A stretch of DNA of 64,000 nt from Bacillota bacterium. GTDB taxonomy: Bacteria; Bacteroidota; Bacteroidia; Bacteroidales; Bacteroidaceae. Shown piece after piece: positions 58,474 through 64,000 of this stretch (positions are counted from its first letter, which is position 1; each line of letters begins with the position of its first letter). The notes under the pieces were generated by a model. That model saw only the letters and a program-made list of their open reading frames with translations, did no database searches and was not told the DNA's origin. The stretch lies in contig JAMPFD010000003.1 in the NCBI GenBank assembly GCA_023664625.1, forward strand, positions 106,384 through 170,383. Reading direction: 5' to 3'. Both the position numbers and the translations under genes were made by a program.

Positions 58474-58956
58474 ATGAGAAAATTCATCATCTTTGCCCTG
58501 ACAGCAATCCTCAGCGTCTCGCTCACTTCATGTGAAGAAGATCCGGACGAATTCATCGCCTACAGCCTCGAAGGCACATGGGCAGGCTATATGTACAACC
58601 CGGTGACGGACGAGAGAATCTTCAGCACGATAGAGTTCATCGGCGACCCCTACAACGCACGCTACGGAGCCACGGGAACAGGACGATGGCTCGACGACTA
58701 CCCTGACGGAGACTACTTCTACAGCCGCATAGAATGGAAAGTGACCTATGAGAACATAGAAATATATCTCCTCGACAACAGTGCCGATGACCGCAGGAAC
58801 ATCCTCTATATTGACCGTAACACTTACCGCCTCAGCACAAGATACTTCTCCGGTGTCCTCGCATATTTCGGCGGACAGCGGGAGTTCAACCTCGTGAAGG
58901 TTGACGCGCCGGACTGGAGCAGATACCCTTACGGCTACTCCAAGAAGGCAAACTGA
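58474..58956 (+). CDS. Hypothetical lipoprotein
   Basis: 160 aa with the lipobox MRKFIIFALTAILSVSLTSC. Confidence 0.55.
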   Translation: MRKFIIFALTAILSVSLTSCEEDPDEFIAYSLEGTWAGYMYNPVTDERIFSTIEFIGDPYNARYGATGTGRWLDDYPDGDYFYSRIEWKVTYENIEIYLLDNSADDRRNILYIDRNTYRLSTRYFSGVLAYFGGQREFNLVKVDAPDWSRYPYGYSKKAN

Positions 58957-59056
58957 TTCCGGCATCACGCCGCCACGGCTGCCGGCGGCCAACGGACCAG
59001 CACCTGTCAAATAGACACCGTATTAAAAACATAAAAACAATACAACCGCAAAACAA

Positions 59057-60211
59057 ATGAAAAAGACTCTTTTCCATGCCCTTGCGCTCCTCGCACTGAT
59101 ATCCTCCTGCTCGACGAGAAAGTATCATGTCGAGGGAGAAATCACCAACGCCAAGGACTCCATACTCTATTTTGAAAACCTTTCTCTCGAAGGACCGGTA
59201 GTGATGGACTCCGTGAAACTTGCCGAAGACGGGAAGTTCACGTTCGCCGCCGACGCCAAGGAGGCTCCGGAATTTTACCGCCTGCGCATCGCTGACCAGA
59301 TTATCAACCTCTCAGCCGACTCGACAGAGACCGTGACCGTAAAGGCCAAGTATCCGGACATGGCATGGAAATATGATGTCAGCGGCTCGGAAAACTGCAA
59401 GAAAATACAGGAACTCGCATATCTGCAGATAGCCCTGCAGAACCGGTGCATACAGATTGACCGCAATACCGGCCTCAGCGCAAAGACTGCCGGTGACTCC
59501 ATAGACAAGATTATCGAAGCTTATAAGGAGAACATCAAGGCCAACTACATCACGAAAGAACCCATGAAGGCATACGCCTACTTCGCTCTCTTCCAGGCAA
59601 TCGGCAACCGCCTCATCTTCAACCCGCGCGAAAACCGCGACGACATAAAGATGTTCGCCGCCGTGGCAACGTCGTGGGACACATTCTACCCTGAGGCGGA
59701 ACGCGGCAGAAACCTCCACAACATCGCCATAGAGGGAATGAAGACAATGCGGATCGTGGACAATGCCAGCAGAACAATTGAGATTGACCCGGGCAAAGTG
59801 ACGGAGACGAACATGATCGACATTGCCCTCCTTGACAACAAAGGTGACGTAAGAAAGCTGTCAGGCCTGAAGGGCAACGTCGTCATCCTTGACTTCCATG
59901 CCTTCTCAATGAAAGGCTCCACGGAGCGCATCATGGAACTGCGCAATCTCTACAATAAGTACCACGCACAGGGACTGGAAGTCTACCAAGTCGGAGTGGA
60001 CGGCAACGCACACTTCTGGAAGACCAATGTAGCTGCCTTGCCGTGGGTATGTGTCTATGACGAGAAGGGCAATGCCACCACCACATATAACGTGCAGAAC
60101 ATCCCTACCTTCTTCCTCCTTGACCGCAACGGCACTCCTGTCAAGCGTGACATACAGATAAAAGACATCGAGGCTGAGATACAAGCTCTCCTGAAAGGCG
60201 CCGCACAGTAG
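59057..60211 (+). CDS. Thioredoxin-fold lipoprotein (TlpA/DUF4369-like) lacking the CxxC active site
   Basis: 384 aa with the lipobox LALISSCS. The C-terminal thioredoxin-like region has ILDFHAFSMKGS where redox-active family members have WCxxC. Confidence 0.6.
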   Translation: MKKTLFHALALLALISSCSTRKYHVEGEITNAKDSILYFENLSLEGPVVMDSVKLAEDGKFTFAADAKEAPEFYRLRIADQIINLSADSTETVTVKAKYPDMAWKYDVSGSENCKKIQELAYLQIALQNRCIQIDRNTGLSAKTAGDSIDKIIEAYKENIKANYITKEPMKAYAYFALFQAIGNRLIFNPRENRDDIKMFAAVATSWDTFYPEAERGRNLHNIAIEGMKTMRIVDNASRTIEIDPGKVTETNMIDIALLDNKGDVRKLSGLKGNVVILDFHAFSMKGSTERIMELRNLYNKYHAQGLEVYQVGVDGNAHFWKTNVAALPWVCVYDEKGNATTTYNVQNIPTFFLLDRNGTPVKRDIQIKDIEAEIQALLKGAAQ

Positions 60212-60397
60212 GCGGAGACATGCCGGAAAGCCTGCCGGACGGCAAGAAAGAATCATGCATCATATATTTACAGGCAGCTGTAGGGAATTAGTCCACACCA
60301 AGATGAATCATTATAAATTAATTTCCGAAAGCTACTTGACATGACGGAAGCCGGCTGTGCCCTTCGTATAGACCGGTCTCCAACAGTTATTTGCAAG

Positions 60398-60448
60398 CAA
60401 AAGCCACAAGTCCGCATCTGCCCTCTCACAGATGCGGACTTGTGGCTT
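60398..60448. terminator. Perfect 21-bp hairpin; bidirectional terminator between convergent genes
   Basis: aaagccacaagtccgcatctg-ccctctca-cagatgcggacttgtggcttt. Confidence 0.7.
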
Positions 60449-60549
60449 TACATTCAAGCATTTACCGGCAATGATGCCCCGGAGCCGGGACGGAGCAGCA
60501 AAAGAGGACTCATGACCGTCCCTCTGCCCCATATCCCGGTAAGCCCAGC

Positions 60550-62298
60550 TCAGTTTTCCGTCTCTTTTCCGCTTTGCGGAGCGAGCAAGGCAGAATATCT
60601 CTCAGGGGCACCGAGTATGTCCAAAGCCTCCTTCACCTGCTTGTCATACCGGAAGCTGCTCTCTATGGCACCCGCCTGATAGTAGTAGCAGGTGACGATG
60701 TCAAAGGTTATCGCCTTCTTTATCATGTCGCGGTGATAGTCAAGCTCCGCTGCGAGGTCATGCCGCAGCTTTGCTTCCAGAGCCTCAAATTCATCCTTCG
60801 CACGGTCATAGTAGCCCTCGAAGCGTGCCACCTTCTCAAGGTCCTTGAGGAACCTGACACTCTCACGGTCGTACTTGAAGCCCGCCTCTACGGCACGGCG
60901 GCAGAAATCGTCATAGTCAGCGTCAGAGATTTGGAACTCACGTGCCGGAGCTATCTGCGGATGCTTTGCGACATAGTCCACGACATAGTCCATCATGACG
61001 TTGGTGGAGTCCAGTCCTGAGGTGGTGAGATACATCACGATGTTCGGCAGCGAGTCTGGCTTGACCTCCACATCTGGCATTATTCCTCCGCCGTCCCTCA
61101 CCGTCCTGCCGTGCAAGGTCTTGAATTCCCGCTTCAGGGAGTCAGCAACGGCCTCACGTGAGCCGCCGTTGGAATGCTTGTAGTTTATCGCCTGGATACA
61201 TCTTCCCGAAGGAATATAATAATGTGCCGTAGTCAGTTTCAGGTTGCCGTTATAGGGCACGTCAAGCGGGATCTGCACAAGTCCCTTGCCGAAAGTCTTC
61301 GTTCCCAGCACGACGCCGCGGTCAAGGTCCTGCAGCGTACCTGCCATTATCTCCGAAGACGATGCCGTTCCTCCGTTGACAAGCACGACGAGAGGCATCA
61401 GCGTGTCAATAGGAAGAGCCGTGGTCTTGTACTCACGGTTGGCGCGCGCAAGCTTTCCCTTTGTCTTCACGATACTGAGGTCTTCAGGCAGGAACAGGTT
61501 GAGTATGTTCACCGCCTCGGAAAGGGAGCCGCCCCCGTTGCCCCTCAGGTCAAAGACAAGGCTTTGCATGCCCTTGCGCTTCAGGTCTATGACGGCGTGG
61601 CGCACATCCTTGGAGCAGTCCTCGGTGAACTGGCTGAGGTTTATGTATCCCACGGAGTCCGTCAGCATGCCGTAGTACGGCAGGGCAGGCATCTGAATTG
61701 CACGCCTCGTAATCTTGAAGGAGAGCACCTGCCCCTTTCCCTCCATGGCATCCTTCTTCGTCTTTTTGGTCTTCCCGGCAGGAGTGCCGCCGGCATTTCC
61801 GGCAGCAGGACGCTGCACTTTCAGTATGAAACTCGTGCCTGCCTCACCGCGGAGATGCTCTGAGACATACGATGTGGACTTGCCCTTCATGTCCTCACCG
61901 TCGATGGAGAGGATTATGTCGCCCTTCTTCAGCCCGGCTTCCTGCGCCGGCATACCGAAATAAGGCTCGTTGATGACCGTCATGTCCTCCTTCAGATTAT
62001 AGGAGACAACGGAGCCGATGCCGCCGTACTTGCCGGTGATCATCTGCTTCAGGTCCTTCACGTCCGCCTGCGGATAGTACTCGGTGTAAGGGTCGAGGGA
62101 GCGGAGCATCGCCCTTATGCCCGTCTCCACCACCTCCTTGGCATCAAGAGAGTCAACATACATCATGTCAAGGTCACGGTAAATGTCACAGAAGATTTCC
62201 AGCTGCTTCGCAACCTCGAAGTTATGGTCGTCTTTCTGTGCCTTGCCGTACAGCGTTCCGAGTAAGGGGAACAGAAGGATAAATAGTGTTTGTTTCAT
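60550..62298 (-). CDS. S41 family C-terminal processing (tail-specific) peptidase
   Basis: 582 aa with a signal peptide, a PDZ region and an S41 catalytic region (GGTASSSEIMAG ... Ser/Lys dyad context). Confidence 0.88.
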   Translation of the reverse strand: MKQTLFILLFPLLGTLYGKAQKDDHNFEVAKQLEIFCDIYRDLDMMYVDSLDAKEVVETGIRAMLRSLDPYTEYYPQADVKDLKQMITGKYGGIGSVVSYNLKEDMTVINEPYFGMPAQEAGLKKGDIILSIDGEDMKGKSTSYVSEHLRGEAGTSFILKVQRPAAGNAGGTPAGKTKKTKKDAMEGKGQVLSFKITRRAIQMPALPYYGMLTDSVGYINLSQFTEDCSKDVRHAVIDLKRKGMQSLVFDLRGNGGGSLSEAVNILNLFLPEDLSIVKTKGKLARANREYKTTALPIDTLMPLVVLVNGGTASSSEIMAGTLQDLDRGVVLGTKTFGKGLVQIPLDVPYNGNLKLTTAHYYIPSGRCIQAINYKHSNGGSREAVADSLKREFKTLHGRTVRDGGGIMPDVEVKPDSLPNIVMYLTTSGLDSTNVMMDYVVDYVAKHPQIAPAREFQISDADYDDFCRRAVEAGFKYDRESVRFLKDLEKVARFEGYYDRAKDEFEALEAKLRHDLAAELDYHRDMIKKAITFDIVTCYYYQAGAIESSFRYDKQVKEALDILGAPERYSALLAPQSGKETEN

Positions 62299-62654
62299 TG
62301 TTTTTTATGGATTGTGTGTTTTACGGTTTTACGGTTATGAGACCCTACGGTTGGGCATGGCGGGTTCCATGGTTATGGGACATGCGGTTGCGGAGGCTTT
62401 CCGCCGGACTTGGCCGCGGGACTTCGGACTTGATGTCTTCCCGAAAAGCCATTTGAGATATATCCGCATGGCTCAGAACCTGAAACCTATACCTCACGGC
62501 CTGCTGCCGTAACCCCACAACACCCTATAATCATACAGCCCTTATAACCCTGAAACCATATCAATATTTTTTGCAAAGATACTACTTTTCCGCCTTTTTT
62601 CAACAAATAATGCATTTTTTTTAGAAAATATTTGGTAGTTTCAAAAAATAGCAG

Positions 62655-62662
62655 TACCTTTG
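62655..62662 (+). promoter_or_regulatory. Candidate -7 promoter box (TACCTTTG) for tRNA-Asn, with TTTG at -33 (62630-62633)
   Basis: Matches TAnnTTTG about 33 nt upstream of the mature tRNA 5' end. The TTTG lies 21 nt further upstream. Confidence 0.4.
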
Positions 62663-62694
62663 CACACGCTTTTGAGACATAAAGCAAAGCAAAT

Positions 62695-62768
62695 GCTTCC
62701 TTAGCTCAGTTGGTTAGAGCATCTGACTGTTAATCAGGGGGTCCTAGGTTCAAGCCCTAGAGGGAGCG
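62695..62768 (+). tRNA. tRNA-Asn (anticodon GTT)
   Basis: Cloverleaf by hand: acceptor gcttcct/agggagc, D-arm gctc-agttggtta-gagc, anticodon loop ctGTTaa, T-arm ctagg-ttcaagc-cctag. A terminator hairpin (agagacattcgcaaggatgtctct + T7) follows at 62775-62808. Confidence 0.85.
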
Positions 62769-62959
62769 CGTAAAAAGAGACATTCGCAAGGATGTCTCTT
62801 TTTTTGTTAATACAGCGGCGGCAACGGCTGCCGACATGCCGGAAACCGCCGGGATACGGCAACGGAGGCCTGGAGGAACAGAGGCCGCAACACTGACGGA
62901 CACTCCGCAAAATACATGCCGGCGGCAACGGCACAGCCATTGCCCTGCCCCGGCAAAAC

Positions 62960-63041
62960 GAAAGGTTACCTTTCGCATGACAAAAGGTTACCGTCTGCAT
63001 GGTAAAAGGTAACGCTTTACATCATGAAAGGTCACCTTTTG
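62960..63041. repeat. REP-like array E: four units around AAAGGTTACC / GGTCACCTTT
   Basis: acgaaaggttacctttcgcatg, acaaaaggttaccgtctgcatg, gtaaaaggtaacgctttacatcatg and aaaggtcaccttttgtcaag, lying downstream of the tRNA-Asn terminator. Confidence 0.8.
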
Positions 63042-63207
63042 TCAAGAACAAAACGAACCATCATATAAAAGCCTGGCAGACACCAAGTTACAGGCAGAAC
63101 GGGAACATATGGAAATTGCAGACGGGAACCGCCGCCGGCCTACGCCTGTCCGCCGGCCTGCAACCGGCATCAGGAGACATCATCATATCCCGTAACATCA
63201 CGACATC

Positions 63208-64000
63208 ATGGCAACAACATCCGACAACCATACCGCAGACAATCACAACCTTGCGACATCCGCCGCACGGCATGACACCCGCGAGCCGGAGATGGCGGAC
63301 CATCTCTTCGCAGAACTCGGCAATGCCCTGAAACTGCGCCCTGACTTCCGGGCGGCATACAACGCCTTCGACCATATCTTCCGCATATTCCTCGACAGGA
63401 ATACACGGACGGCGGGGCTTAACCTTACGGGGATCTTTGCCAAGACCGACTATCTCCTGAAGGAATGCCGGGCAGGGAAGGCTCTCGTCATAGCTGTCAA
63501 CGACACCAGGGTCAGACTGCGTGAGGCCGCCGGCCTGAGAGACAGTGCCGCAGGAGCGGAGCCCCTCAGTCTTGAAGAATACTGCCGGCACGACTTCAGG
63601 AACCTCTGCGAGTTCGTCTCCCTCGTCTACGGAACGCCTGTTCCGGGACATCTCGCCGCCATGTTCCCCGCAGAGAGGAAGCACGGCTTCTCCTCCGCCC
63701 TCGTCGGAGAATATGTGCGCGTCATTGCCGTACGGTGGGATGAAAGCTTCATCTACTGCCGCCATGAGAACGCCACGGACGGGGAGGAAGCGAGGATAGC
63801 ATGGCATGGCTGTCTCTATGACTACGACTGGTCGTACATCAAAGACCTTCTTCACGAAGGCACGCAGCTCAACATCATACGCCCGAGGGAGAAGGACGGC
63901 GTGCTGTATCCCGAGTTCATCATCCTCGAGCCTGACTATCTCGTCGACATATCGTCAATAGCGCGCTGCTTCACAAGCTACGCGGAGTCGCCTCTTGTCC
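63208..64000 (+). CDS. Hypothetical protein, N-terminal part; the ORF runs off the window end
   Basis: An open frame of at least 264 codons from the ATG at 63208 (MATTSDNHTADNHN...), with good codon composition and the usual A/C-rich leader. It is not in the ORF track because no stop falls in the window. Confidence 0.5.
   Translation, partial: MATTSDNHTADNHNLATSAARHDTREPEMADHLFAELGNALKLRPDFRAAYNAFDHIFRIFLDRNTRTAGLNLTGIFAKTDYLLKECRAGKALVIAVNDTRVRLREAAGLRDSAAGAEPLSLEEYCRHDFRNLCEFVSLVYGTPVPGHLAAMFPAERKHGFSSALVGEYVRVIAVRWDESFIYCRHENATDGEEARIAWHGCLYDYDWSYIKDLLHEGTQLNIIRPREKDGVLYPEFIILEPDYLVDISSIARCFTSYAESPLV

Noticed and set aside
63088-63855. 255-aa minus-strand ORF
   Set aside because: Antisense to the better-supported plus-strand ORF that begins at 63208 with the typical A/C leader and runs off the window.
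1-64000. CRISPR arrays, rRNA genes, IS elements with terminal inverted repeats
   Set aside because: I looked for regularly spaced identical repeats of 25-40 bp with unique spacers, for rRNA-like conserved segments, and for transposase-like ORFs. None are present. The only periodic repeats are the 22-bp REP-like arrays and the 77-bp tandem, neither of which has a CRISPR-like structure.

Overview
This window is a chromosomal segment from a Bacteroidales-type genome (about 50-55% GC, no Shine-Dalgarno sequences, TAnnTTTG-type -7 promoter boxes). Most of it is housekeeping genes. They include a type IIA topoisomerase B subunit (ParE-like), ruvB, coaD, ybeY, sufC and sufD, gdhA, a large secreted glycoside-hydrolase-like protein, a P-type cation ATPase, pnp, lepB, dapB, topA, aroK, argB, an ECF sigma factor, a GH43 enzyme and two S41 tail-specific proteases. 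The main feature is a mobile element of about 19.6 kb (26256..45812). It lacks a conjugation apparatus and resembles the NBU-type integrative mobilizable elements of Bacteroides. It is integrated into the 3' half of a tRNA-Met(CAT) gene and is flanked by direct repeats of about 80 bp. It carries a 500-aa tyrosine integrase, a DUF3853 excisionase-like HTH protein, a VirE/primase-like P-loop protein, MobC and a relaxase. Its cargo is a tightly coupled seven-gene operon on the minus strand (36862..45231) with markedly lower GC, about 33%. The operon encodes an XRE regulator, a DndC-like PP-loop/PAPS-reductase protein, a DndD-like SMC ATPase, an unusual fusion of a DndE-like domain to a HerA/FtsK-type ATPase, an Mrr-family nuclease, a GHKL (MORC-like) ATPase and an unknown 309-aa protein. 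I read this as a DNA phosphorothioation-like modification core lacking dndA and dndB, coupled to an atypical restriction or effector module. This combination appears to be undescribed. Two other things deserve a second look. One is a family of five intergenic arrays, each with four units of about 22 bp built around the palindrome AAAGGTWACCTTT; they sit at the 3' ends of genes. The other is a set of long A/C-only leaders carrying the (C)ATAACC motif upstream of many start codons. All functional calls come from reading motifs in the translations, since no database search was possible.
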